A stretch of DNA of 32,000 bases from Staphylothermus marinus F1 (GTDB lineage Archaea > Thermoproteota > Thermoprotei_A > Sulfolobales > Desulfurococcaceae): positions 1,320,001 to 1,352,000 of the forward strand of contig NC_009033.1 in the NCBI RefSeq assembly GCF_000015945.1, written 5' to 3'. The position numbers and the translations under genes were made by a program. Positions 1-9,323 of this stretch are shown here, one piece after another. The notes under the pieces are model-generated. The model ran no database searches and was not told where the DNA came from. It saw only the letters and a list, made by a program, of their open reading frames with translations. Each line of letters begins with the position of its first letter. Positions within the stretch are counted from its first letter, which is position 1.

Positions 1-124
1 TAAAATTATACAATACTCGTCTAGTTTAATTTGTAATCTCATGGTTTCTGGATAAATGTTATTAAATATAACCCTCTATTTTTATTGTCTATGAGTAATC
101 GATGAAGAATGTGTGGTGTAGGCT

Positions 125-1849
125 ATGAATAAGAAATACGTGATGATAGCTATAATAACTATGTTGTTAATCCAATTAATAACACCTATTACAACAATTA
201 CTTATTCACAGCAACCAACGTATCTAAGGTTTCTATTTCTATATGTGCCGGGATTCTCTCTCGAAAAAGCTGTTAATGTTTCTTCATTGAAGTACTTGGA
301 GAATGCCACTTTTAAAGCATACATAAATCCAATACCACCATATACGTTATCATATAATGAAATAGTTCTAGTTAATAATTCATGGGATCTATCAAAAGCT
401 ATTGTGTTAGATAACAATACAGCATTACTTCCAAACAATACCTATACTCAACTATATAAGCTAGTACCTAAACAAGTATTAACCAATTTATGGGGAACAC
501 TTGATACAATGTTTCTAGGCTTATCCTCCATTGATCCACGAGTTCATAGTAGAACAATGAATCCATATTTTAACGAGACAAATAAAATAATAGAGCCTGC
601 AATCTTCATCATACCAATTAATGGAACAACTATATGGGACCAATTAAATACAACAATAAAATTATCAGTGTCAAGCCAATACTTCGTCTTATCTATTGAA
701 AACTATGTGGATGGAATAAAGTTTAGTAAGGAAACAAATGTTACTCCAATATTAAAGTTTAATATAACTAATGAAAAATTATCAGTCGAGCCTGGAATAT
801 ATTATCTTAGATTTAGAGTTTTAAAAATGAACAGTACACATGTTATACTATTTACTCCTGGAACAAGAAAAGCCGATCAATGGTTCTCAGAATACTTTGA
901 GAAGTTTGATAGACCTGTTGTTCCGAGAATACCGTTTAAATATACTAGGTATATGGATGAAGATGATCTAGAATGGCTTGTAAATGAAGTAATCAACTTC
1001 TATAAGTCCATGTTAACAACAGCATATAAATATAGATCGGCGACAATAAACTTTGTAGAATATCCCCTAATCTATGATTTATGGACTGGATATATACACG
1101 GCTATATTAATTGGGAACAGCTAAGTAAACTTGAGGAACTAGCATATAATGGTTTGTCCGAAATAATAAATACTACGAAGAACATGATCAATGAAAACAT
1201 TACCACAATAATATATTCTCCCTTCACAATCAATAACCACGAAGAGAACTTATCAATACAGGGACTAAGATATGTTGAGCCAGGACTCTATTTTGTTGAA
1301 GGAGATGAAACCAGTGTTTTATCGGAGCTAATTAGTAGAAACATATCTTATACAACAATGTCCTTCGGCGATAAAAAACTAGTATTGATTAATAACCCGG
1401 GATACTATGGTGTCAGCAAAGGAGAACTAATAGTATATGGTAAAGAATTGAGAAAAATACTATCAACATTTACATTGCAACCAACTAATGTAGCATCATT
1501 TATATTATCACTAGTTAGAGGATACGGTGTTGGATTATCTAATGCTATAAATGAGATCTCCTTTATCAATCTAAAAATACAGAGCTTAAACGATGAAATA
1601 AGTAATTTACAGAAAAAGTTGAGCACACTTAACCAGACATTATTCAATGTTAACCAATCTCTTGGGAAATACAGAGCAGAAAATATCAACCTCACAGATC
1701 AAATTAGCAGTTATAAAGCAAAGATTAATGAGTATAGACAGAGAGAACAACAAGCACTACTATATGCAACTATAGGAAGCATAAGTGTTCTAGTTATAGT
1801 TATATTGCTATATATTATCGCGACAAGAGGGATCACTAAGAAGCGCTAA
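125..1849 (+). CDS. Extracellular, C-terminally membrane-anchored glycoprotein with coiled-coil stalk (function unknown)
   Basis: 574-aa ORF. It has an N-terminal hydrophobic signal-like segment (IAIITMLLIQLITPI) and many N-x-S/T sequons. A heptad-like coiled-coil stretch (INLKIQSLNDEISNLQKKLSTLNQ...KINEYRQREQQ) is followed by a C-terminal TM helix (ALLYATIGSISVLVIVILLYIIA) and a basic tail. No family recognised. Confidence 0.6.
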   Translation: MNKKYVMIAIITMLLIQLITPITTITYSQQPTYLRFLFLYVPGFSLEKAVNVSSLKYLENATFKAYINPIPPYTLSYNEIVLVNNSWDLSKAIVLDNNTALLPNNTYTQLYKLVPKQVLTNLWGTLDTMFLGLSSIDPRVHSRTMNPYFNETNKIIEPAIFIIPINGTTIWDQLNTTIKLSVSSQYFVLSIENYVDGIKFSKETNVTPILKFNITNEKLSVEPGIYYLRFRVLKMNSTHVILFTPGTRKADQWFSEYFEKFDRPVVPRIPFKYTRYMDEDDLEWLVNEVINFYKSMLTTAYKYRSATINFVEYPLIYDLWTGYIHGYINWEQLSKLEELAYNGLSEIINTTKNMINENITTIIYSPFTINNHEENLSIQGLRYVEPGLYFVEGDETSVLSELISRNISYTTMSFGDKKLVLINNPGYYGVSKGELIVYGKELRKILSTFTLQPTNVASFILSLVRGYGVGLSNAINEISFINLKIQSLNDEISNLQKKLSTLNQTLFNVNQSLGKYRAENINLTDQISSYKAKINEYRQREQQALLYATIGSISVLVIVILLYIIATRGITKKR

Positions 1850-2351
1850 TTAAAAACATTCTAAGATAATAATATAAATAATCTAACGCATTTTCTAAAC
1901 CAATACTTCTAATCCAGAAATAATACATTATGAAAGACAAAATAATAAATAAAGTATTGCCAACTAGGCTAGAGCTTTTAAAGATAGGTATTCTTAAGCG
2001 ATAATTGCTTAAAGGATACAATATATATACTCCACGCTTAGTCAGCGAATCAGTTAAAATATGTAGAATCCATCCACTAAGAAAAGCTATAACAATATTA
2101 TTTACCACACCTAATTGCATCCATGAATAATATCTTATACATAAATAGAGAAGTACAACATAGATGAATAAAGATATAATTGATGACAAAATAATATTAT
2201 GAAGCGTTTTCCGATGCTTAAATCTCAGATCAATATCTGGTATATAGCCGCCAAGTCCCCCCATAAATCCATATAAAAGAGACAATCTTGGATCCTGGGA
2301 TAAAAGTAATCCAAACCCAAAACCAATAATAACATGTGTTATCCTATACAT
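1836..2351 (-). CDS. Membrane-bound metal-dependent hydrolase, YdjM/DUF457-like
   Basis: 171-aa polytopic membrane protein. The His/Asp-containing motifs (THVIIGFGFG, GGYIPDIDLRFKHRKTLHN, HILTDSLTKRGV) resemble the DUF457/YdjM family. Its 3' end overlaps ORF 125..1849 convergently by 14 nt. Confidence 0.55.
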   Translation of the reverse strand: MYRITHVIIGFGFGLLLSQDPRLSLLYGFMGGLGGYIPDIDLRFKHRKTLHNIILSSIISLFIYVVLLYLCIRYYSWMQLGVVNNIVIAFLSGWILHILTDSLTKRGVYILYPLSNYRLRIPIFKSSSLVGNTLFIILSFIMYYFWIRSIGLENALDYLYYYLRMFLISAS

Positions 2352-2462
2352 AGCGGCTTCAACTCACCGTTTTTCTCTGAACGGTCAGCAGAGGACCACT
2401 TCTTCACATATCAGTTCGTTCCCGGGGTATTTCCTCATCCCATCTTCATTATTTATTATATT

Positions 2463-3845
2463 TTATTTTAAAAGCATATTATTATACCATATAAAATTGC
2501 TTGGTTCAATCTCTTCTGGGTAATGGTTTTTCTCTTTCCCAAATCTTTTTAGTGGTTTCATTAAATGTTTAAATGCTCTGGGAGAGGGTTCATACCATCC
2601 AGGCTCGAGATCCCTCTTTATTACTCGAACAATTTTCTTAGCGTTAGGATCCCTATAACCACATTTAGGACACTTATAACCTTTTCCTCTACCAGCGCTC
2701 TTCATTCTAGCTCCACATCTAGGACACCTGGGGTTTTCAAGCTTTATCAATGGTTTAACCATAATGATATGTAACTTTTCGAGATTTATTGTTGGTCCAT
2801 GCTTAGAGCTTTGAGGCCTAACAATACCCATAACTTCTACTTCATCTCCTGGACGGAGCTTTTCCGCGATCCTTCTAAGTTTTCCAGTAGGCTCATATGC
2901 TGCTACATCAATAAACCTTCTTCCATCAGTAACCTTGAAAATCACGTGTCCTCCCATGATCCTTTTAGGTATACTTGCTACCCACACTCTAACTCTTACT
3001 CCACGATAAATGAAGGCTTCTCCTAAATTATTTATTCTTCTTAGATGAGCATCTGTGTGTTGATTTGTTCGGTAAATTAATCTTATAGGGACTGGCTCAT
3101 TTATTTTTACCATATTATATGCCTTGATCAATACGTCTGGGTATTCTCCTCGTATGCCTAGTAGAACAGGGTCTCCTCCATGCGGTGTTATTAATGGTCT
3201 ATTTGTTTCATAGTCGTAGTTAAGAATAGTGTCGTTATGAAATACTTTATCCATATACTTTACGCTCTCGGCATTGACTTGTCTAGGTTTATCAATGTAT
3301 TCCTCTGATCTATAAGCTATTAGTTCATATGTATAATCTGTATTCGTCATTCTATATCCTATTGCTGAGAAGACACCGATTAATCCACGCTTCTTATCTT
3401 TCCTCAACAGTTTATATATAATTTTATTCTTCTCCTTCTCAAGCACTCTATGCATTAAATCCAGTGGGATGAGATCATGAACGGCTTTCCAACCAATCCA
3501 CTTAATCCTCTCACTTAGCCCGCCAATATACATACCTATAACTGGGTGGTGTTGGGGATGATGATATTTTCCAAGATATTCTAATGCTTCATCATATGCT
3601 TCTTCAAGAAGCTTTATGGCTTCATCATAGTTTTTAACTTTGAATCTAAGAACAACAGCACCATTCCCCCTAGTTTTCCATGGTACTCCAGGATTTAATC
3701 TTATAAGGTTTGGATAATCAATTAGTTTAATTCTTCTATCCTTAACCCATTTAACTAAGATTGAAGCTACGAAATGTGTAGTACAACCACCGAAAGGCGT
3801 GTCTATATCGTCGAATCCCATATGTACTATTGTTTCCTTCAACAC
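2463..3845 (-). CDS. tiaS: tRNA(Ile2) 2-agmatinylcytidine synthetase TiaS
   Basis: 460 aa. The N-terminal GFDDIDTPFGGCTTH motif is typical of TiaS, and the C-terminal zinc ribbon reads CPRCG...CPKCG. The called GTG start abuts the dys stop; an alternative ATG start at 3821 gives MGFDDID. Confidence 0.8.
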   Translation of the reverse strand: MLKETIVHMGFDDIDTPFGGCTTHFVASILVKWVKDRRIKLIDYPNLIRLNPGVPWKTRGNGAVVLRFKVKNYDEAIKLLEEAYDEALEYLGKYHHPQHHPVIGMYIGGLSERIKWIGWKAVHDLIPLDLMHRVLEKEKNKIIYKLLRKDKKRGLIGVFSAIGYRMTNTDYTYELIAYRSEEYIDKPRQVNAESVKYMDKVFHNDTILNYDYETNRPLITPHGGDPVLLGIRGEYPDVLIKAYNMVKINEPVPIRLIYRTNQHTDAHLRRINNLGEAFIYRGVRVRVWVASIPKRIMGGHVIFKVTDGRRFIDVAAYEPTGKLRRIAEKLRPGDEVEVMGIVRPQSSKHGPTINLEKLHIIMVKPLIKLENPRCPRCGARMKSAGRGKGYKCPKCGYRDPNAKKIVRVIKRDLEPGWYEPSPRAFKHLMKPLKRFGKEKNHYPEEIEPSNFIWYNNMLLK

Positions 3846-4874
3846 TTATTTCTCCATGGATTTTTTCATTAAACACTTAGCACCAGCTACAATTAATGGT
3901 AGTGTAATTGTTGCATCACTATATACTACAATGCTTTTCCCCGACGGCTTGATCTTGTTCCAACTTATTGCTTCACGTGGTTGTGCCCCACTCAAACTAC
4001 CATCATATTCTACCGCGGTAGTAACGTATACTGCATAGTCAAGCCCATCTTTAAACTGTGCCCACCAGATAGTGTGATGCTTGCTTATGCCTCCACCAAT
4101 AATTAATGCTCCAAGCCTATGTGATTCGAAGATTTTATCCATAAGCTTTTTCTCATCACTAATAAGATCAACTTTTAAACCTGAGAAGGGGCTGTGGAAA
4201 ACCAGTTGTGTACCAAATGCGCCATCAAATATTCCCGGAACAAATATTGGAACATTTTTCTGCGTTGCAGCTCTCAATATACTATATGGATCATTGATCT
4301 TTTTGCCAGCTTCATATAATAATTCGCTAGGCGACCACTCCTTCTTCTTTTTAACTAGTTCATCGAGTAAGTTACGAGTAAACTTCTCAATAGCTAATCC
4401 ATAATTTTCCAGTGGTATCAAAACATTGCCTAATCTATGAACTTCGATAACTTTTAGCATTGAATCATCTAGTCTCCAATCCCCCTTATAGTATGGATGC
4501 CCCGTACCCCTTGCTATATCGTGATCAATTGTTCCACACGTAGTAATAACTATGTCTGCGAACCCTTCGAGAATCAATTGGGCTAACAAGCCTCTTAAAC
4601 CAGTTGATACAAGATTTCCTGTAAAAGACAATATTCTTGTTGCTTCCTTATCACTCCACATCTCATAGAGGATCTCGGCGGCTTTACTAATATGTCCAGC
4701 CATAAATCCATGTGCATTTTTCAATGCATTAATTAGATCACAAACACTCATATTTTCCTTTACAAAATAATCCTTAACAATATCTTTCAACAACTCAGAT
4801 CGAGCATCTTTTAATACAGGTATATCTCGCACATCCATATAACCACCCTTACCAATATAGATAAGTATGTCCAA
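3846..4874 (-). CDS. dys: Deoxyhypusine synthase
   Basis: 342 aa. Strong motif match to DHS: TGNLVSTGLRG, CGTIDHDI, and IGGGISKHH...DYAVYVTTAVEYDGSLSGAQPREAISWNKI (active-site Lys region). The true start may be the internal Met at about 4838 (MDVRDIP). Confidence 0.9.
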   Translation of the reverse strand: MDILIYIGKGGYMDVRDIPVLKDARSELLKDIVKDYFVKENMSVCDLINALKNAHGFMAGHISKAAEILYEMWSDKEATRILSFTGNLVSTGLRGLLAQLILEGFADIVITTCGTIDHDIARGTGHPYYKGDWRLDDSMLKVIEVHRLGNVLIPLENYGLAIEKFTRNLLDELVKKKKEWSPSELLYEAGKKINDPYSILRAATQKNVPIFVPGIFDGAFGTQLVFHSPFSGLKVDLISDEKKLMDKIFESHRLGALIIGGGISKHHTIWWAQFKDGLDYAVYVTTAVEYDGSLSGAQPREAISWNKIKPSGKSIVVYSDATITLPLIVAGAKCLMKKSMEK

Positions 4875-5059
4875 TATTTAGCTATAATTTTGCAATTGTT
4901 TAATCCTCCTCTATGTATTCAGTGCACTCATATTTTTCAAATATAGAGAGTTCCATTAACAATTTAATCAAGTTATAAGCTCTACTATTATTTGAGGAGG
5001 CAAACAATTAATTCTATATAATGATTTTAAATTAAGAATTAATTCAGTATAGTTTATCT

Positions 5060-5767
5060 TTGAAAAAATCTTTTATGGATAATAAGGAACTATATGTGAT
5101 GATGAGCATGAAGCAATTATATTTCGCTTTATTAAAGCATAGAGAAATATCAATAAAGGATCTATCAGAGCTTCTCGGATTAGATGAAAGAATATTATAT
5201 AGTAAGATCAAGGAGTTGGGAAGATATGTTACCATAGTTAATAATAAGATCAAACTAAATGATCCATTATTATTCGCTATTCAACTTCTCAAACAGGGTT
5301 ATTCATTTAAAGATGTCACTAAATATCTTGATTGGCACGATTTCGAGAAGTTTTCGGCTGAAATACTTGGTGCGCACAAGTATATTGTTAAAACTAATTT
5401 TCGCTTGACAAAACCTGTTAGGCTAGAAATAGATGTTATCGGCATAGATCTTGGTAGTGGTAGAGGAATTTTTATCGATTGTAAACACTGGATTCATGGT
5501 ATTAGTAGGAAAACACTCATGGAGATCGCAGAGAAACATATTCTGCGGATTAAGAAGTTTATAAAATACTATAGTTGGGCTAAGACGAAATGGACATATT
5601 TCAGATATCTTAGAAAAATAGTCCCTATAATAGTGACTTTAACAACGCCTTCTATTCGAATGCATGAAAACGTATTAATTGTTTCTATTCAGGAACTAAA
5701 TTCCACGCTTCTAGACTTAAATATGGTTCTAGATCTATTCGGAATAGAACCTATACCTGTATATTAA
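5060..5767 (+). CDS. Winged-HTH protein with Mrr-like PD-(D/E)xK nuclease domain
   Basis: 235 aa. The N-terminal HTH-like segment is ISIKDLSELLGLDERILYSKIKELG. The Mrr_cat-like core is DWHDFEKFSAEILGAHKY...LEIDVIG...IFIDCKHW (D125 ... D140-x-K142, nt 5432-5485). TTG start is uncertain; ATG alternatives lie just downstream. Confidence 0.55.
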   Translation: MKKSFMDNKELYVMMSMKQLYFALLKHREISIKDLSELLGLDERILYSKIKELGRYVTIVNNKIKLNDPLLFAIQLLKQGYSFKDVTKYLDWHDFEKFSAEILGAHKYIVKTNFRLTKPVRLEIDVIGIDLGSGRGIFIDCKHWIHGISRKTLMEIAEKHILRIKKFIKYYSWAKTKWTYFRYLRKIVPIIVTLTTPSIRMHENVLIVSIQELNSTLLDLNMVLDLFGIEPIPVY

Positions 5768-5859
5768 CAAGTAATAATATAATATTTAGCTATATGCTTA
5801 TTTTTCCTTGAATAGATAATATATCATATTAGGTAATAGCAAATACTTAGGTGTAGATA

Positions 5860-6597
5860 ATGGCTAGAATAGTTTATCCTGAAGCAAAATATATTAGAGA
5901 AATGATAACTGCTCTCGGAAAGCTTGTTGATGAAGTAGCTTTCAAGATCACACCAGAAGCTTTAATTGTTAAAGCAATTGATCCAGCTAGAGTTGCTTTA
6001 ATAGATATTTATTTGCCTCAAACAGCTTTTCTCGAATATGATGTGTCTGAGGAGGTAGTTGCTGGTTTATCATCTGCGAATCTCTCAAAACTATTAAAGA
6101 AAGTGAAGAAAGGAGATAAGTTTGTTATGGATGTAACAGAGGAACAAATAACTATAACTATAGAGTCAACGATAAGAAGAATATATAGGTTTAGAAACCT
6201 CGAAGTACCAGTCCCCGAAATACCTGAGGCTAAGCTGGAATTTAATGTAGAAGCTCAATTACTAGTTGATGTAATAAAGCATGCAATCAAAGATGCGGAA
6301 ACAGTCGGCGATCTATTAGAAATGGAAGCCCCCGATCAAGAAACTCTATATCTACGTGGAAGAGGAGTATCTATGACAGAAACTAAACTTGTAGCTGGAA
6401 TGCCAGCACTATTAAACCTAGAAGTAAAAGAGCCAAGTAAATCAGTTTACCAACTAGAATATCTTAAACACATAGTAAACCTAACAAAAATAGCTGAACT
6501 AGCAATCATAAGGTTCTCTTCTGATATGCCCCTCGAACTAGAATTTAGTCTTAGCGAGGGAAGAGTTAAATACCTACTAGCACCAGCGGCAGTCTAA
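5860..6597 (+). CDS. pcn: DNA polymerase sliding clamp (PCNA)
   Basis: 245 aa, the typical PCNA length. It has the AIDPARVALIDIYLPQTAFLEYDV motif (compare xMDxSxVxLxxLxLxxxxFxxY) and a C-terminal YLLAP tail. An AGGTG Shine-Dalgarno-like motif precedes the ATG. Confidence 0.9.
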   Translation: MARIVYPEAKYIREMITALGKLVDEVAFKITPEALIVKAIDPARVALIDIYLPQTAFLEYDVSEEVVAGLSSANLSKLLKKVKKGDKFVMDVTEEQITITIESTIRRIYRFRNLEVPVPEIPEAKLEFNVEAQLLVDVIKHAIKDAETVGDLLEMEAPDQETLYLRGRGVSMTETKLVAGMPALLNLEVKEPSKSVYQLEYLKHIVNLTKIAELAIIRFSSDMPLELEFSLSEGRVKYLLAPAAV

Positions 6598-6813
6598 AAT
6601 AATAGAATAACAAAACTGGTTAGAATATATTTAAATAAATCCTAAATGGTTTATTGGATATTCTAGTATAATAGTCAGATATTTTATTAATGTATTTACT
6701 GCGTATTTTGAATATAATAGTTATTTTTAAATTGGAGCATACATAGTTATGATCGATGCATTTTATCTATTAAAAACAATAATTCTTTATTTATGTAGTT
6801 TTTAGATTCTATA

Positions 6814-9060
6814 TTGGGTGAAAATGTGTTATCACGTAGGATAATCGGTGTCCTCATTCTCCTAGCCGTTATCCTATCCACCTCTATATCTCTAATATAC
6901 GCTAATACACCGACTAATGAGCATACGAGATATGCTGAGAAGGTTGTTATAATAAGTATTGATGCGGCTAGAGCTGATTATACATATATGCTCGCCTCGG
7001 AGGGTATATTGCCGGGATTCAAGAGAATAATCGATGAAGGAGTATATGCAAAAGGCATGATTGTAAGTTTTCCATCAGCAACCGCGGTATCGCACGCCGT
7101 TATATCTACCGGGGCAGAGCCAGGTATAACTGGTATAACAGGCAACAGTATTCATTTGCCGGGAACAAAGATCTATAAAACGGTGTCAGGATTCGACGGC
7201 AGAAACCTTCTTGCCGAACCAATTTGGGTAACACTTGACCGTCAGGGTCTAACAGCCGTTGTAGCCGCTTTTCCACAGAGCACTCCATCTGCTTGGGCCG
7301 ACAAAGTCAATCGATCAATATTGTTCAATCCATATGATAGCTTTATATGGCCAATATCATATTCAAAACTATATACTACGAATAGTAGTGTGAGCAGGGC
7401 ATCTATCATAGACTTAGTCGAAGCAACTAATTGGACCAACACTGGAATAATCGGTAATGTGACATCGGCATATGAATCATCCATATATATGGGCGATGAT
7501 ACATGGTATCTATATCTAGCGGACCTCGATGGAGACGGTTACCCCGATAAGTTAGCAATTGTGCCGCATGAAAAAGATCTAAGCAAAGCAGTAACTATTC
7601 TTTCAGAGGGAGAGTGGAGCGAACCAATAAATACTACAATAACATATAATGGGAACACATATATTGTAGCACCATTATTCAAAGCGATCAATCTAAGCTT
7701 AACAAATTTCAGATTATATAGGAGCCTCATGAGACCTTTCAACGACGACTGGTTTAACAATGAAAACGTAGCATGGGATGTTTGGAACAACGTCGTTGTT
7801 AGAACCGGTATGATAACCGATGGTGACTGGTATGCTCTTGTAAATGGATGGATAGATACTGATACATATATGGAAACGGTTCACTATGCAAACGAGTTCT
7901 TCAAAGAATTTACACTATATCTTCTCAACCACACTGATTGGGACCTGTTAATGGGTTATACACCGATAGTGGATAATGTATATCATGAGTTTCTAGGACT
8001 AGTTGATCCTAGTATGCCCTACTATAATCCATCCGAGGCCGAAAAGTATTGGAATTACATAGTGGAAGCCCATAAATGGGCAGATGAAATTGTAAAGGCA
8101 GTGCTAGATAATGTTGATCTAAACAATACTGTTGTAATGGTAGTCTCTGATCACGGACAGTGGCCTGTGAAGAAACTAGTATATATCAACTCGATTCTCG
8201 AGCAGGCAGGACTTATCAAAGTAGATGATCAAGGCCATATACTATGGAATGAAACAGTGGCATACTATGTTGGATACAATCAGATATTCGTCAATCTCCA
8301 GGGACGTGAAGATGGCGGAATTGTTCCACCCAATGAATACAATGATGTTGTAAACAAGATTATAACGGCTCTTTCAAATGTGAAAGATCCAGATACCGGT
8401 GAACCCGTATTTAGCTTAATAATGACAAAGGATGAAGCTAAGTCTCTGGGTCTATATGGTGATCGAGTAGGCGACGTAGTATTTAGTCTAAGACCGGGAT
8501 ATGCTGCATGGGGAGGCTTAAAAGTAGGTACAATCTTTGAAGATGCTGTACCGCTTAAGACAGTGGTGGGATGGCATTCTGACCTCCCATATTATCCACA
8601 ACTCCACGCAATCTTTGGCGCAATAGGGGCAAACATTGAACATGGTGAATTAGGCTATATACATTCAACAAGCATAGCACCTACTATTACGTATCTTCTA
8701 GGAATAGATCCTCCGCTCAACGCTACAGGAGACAGACTACCCATAGTAAAACCTTTAACGAAAACTGTTACACAAACCATAACATCAACCTCCACTGTTA
8801 CAACAACCAATACTGTGACACAGACCGTTGAGAAAACAGAGACCCAAACCATAACAGAGACTAAAACACATACAACTACAGTGACCGAAACAGCAACACA
8901 GACTACAACACGGATCGAAACTACAACTAAAACAATAACGACAACAGCTTATAATACCACAACTGTCAAGACAATCGATGTAGGTGCAACCACAATATAT
9001 GCCATAATAGCATTGATTGTGGGCCTAGCTATTGGAATGCTAATTTATAGAAGAAAATAG
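6814..9060 (+). CDS. Secreted type I phosphodiesterase / nucleotide pyrophosphatase (alkaline phosphatase superfamily) with Thr-rich stalk and C-terminal TM anchor
   Basis: 748 aa with an N-terminal signal/TM segment (IIGVLILLAVILSTSISLIYA). Metal-site motifs are VVIISIDAARADY, FPSATAVSHAVISTG and VVSDHGQ. A C-terminal Thr-rich linker precedes a TM helix (IYAIIALIVGLAIGMLIY) and an RRK tail. TTG start; GTG at 6826 is possible. Confidence 0.7.
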   Translation: MGENVLSRRIIGVLILLAVILSTSISLIYANTPTNEHTRYAEKVVIISIDAARADYTYMLASEGILPGFKRIIDEGVYAKGMIVSFPSATAVSHAVISTGAEPGITGITGNSIHLPGTKIYKTVSGFDGRNLLAEPIWVTLDRQGLTAVVAAFPQSTPSAWADKVNRSILFNPYDSFIWPISYSKLYTTNSSVSRASIIDLVEATNWTNTGIIGNVTSAYESSIYMGDDTWYLYLADLDGDGYPDKLAIVPHEKDLSKAVTILSEGEWSEPINTTITYNGNTYIVAPLFKAINLSLTNFRLYRSLMRPFNDDWFNNENVAWDVWNNVVVRTGMITDGDWYALVNGWIDTDTYMETVHYANEFFKEFTLYLLNHTDWDLLMGYTPIVDNVYHEFLGLVDPSMPYYNPSEAEKYWNYIVEAHKWADEIVKAVLDNVDLNNTVVMVVSDHGQWPVKKLVYINSILEQAGLIKVDDQGHILWNETVAYYVGYNQIFVNLQGREDGGIVPPNEYNDVVNKIITALSNVKDPDTGEPVFSLIMTKDEAKSLGLYGDRVGDVVFSLRPGYAAWGGLKVGTIFEDAVPLKTVVGWHSDLPYYPQLHAIFGAIGANIEHGELGYIHSTSIAPTITYLLGIDPPLNATGDRLPIVKPLTKTVTQTITSTSTVTTTNTVTQTVEKTETQTITETKTHTTTVTETATQTTTRIETTTKTITTTAYNTTTVKTIDVGATTIYAIIALIVGLAIGMLIYRRK
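8755..8975 (+). repeat. Low-complexity Thr-rich coding tract (T-x-T periodicity) inside the phosphodiesterase gene
   Basis: Translates to TKTVTQTITSTSTVTTTNTVTQTVEKTETQTITETKTHTTTVTETATQTTTRIETTTKTITTTAYNTTTVKT. The nucleotide sequence is dominated by ACA/ACC/ACT/ACG codons. Confidence 0.85.
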
Positions 9061-9080
9061 TGATCTAAATAAAAGCCGAT

Positions 9081-9100
9081 ATTATTTTTTATTATTTTTT
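9081..9100 (+). terminator. Oligo-T archaeal terminator candidate after the phosphodiesterase gene
   Basis: Two T6 runs (attattttttattatttttt) lie 20-40 nt after the stop at 9060. Archaeal RNAP terminates at oligo-T tracts. Confidence 0.45.
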
Positions 9101-9323
9101 ATACTATCATTTTACAATCTTTATTAACTCCTTATCGTTAAGGAAACAGCATCTGACTCGGGTTTTATAGTATCTAAACATATGTTTGTTAATATTGGAT
9201 ACAAGAAAAACAGGTACATTAAGTAAATTAGGGAAAGAAGTAAATACTCTGTTACTAGGTTAATATATGACTTGCAAGAACTCCATTATACATGGTTAAT
9301 TCTGTCTTGTCAGGGATGGATTA

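Noticed and set aside
4081-4404. 107-aa plus-strand ORF inside dys
   Set aside because: It is antisense to the very confidently identified deoxyhypusine synthase and has no motifs.
4903-5009. 7-nt inverted repeat cctcctc / gaggagg about 100 nt apart in the dys upstream spacer
   Set aside because: It is too short and too widely spaced to distinguish from chance, with no supporting structure between the halves.
8655-8852. 65-aa minus-strand ORF (VCVTVLVVVTVEVDV...)
   Set aside because: It is the antisense shadow of the Thr-codon low-complexity tract inside the phosphodiesterase gene.
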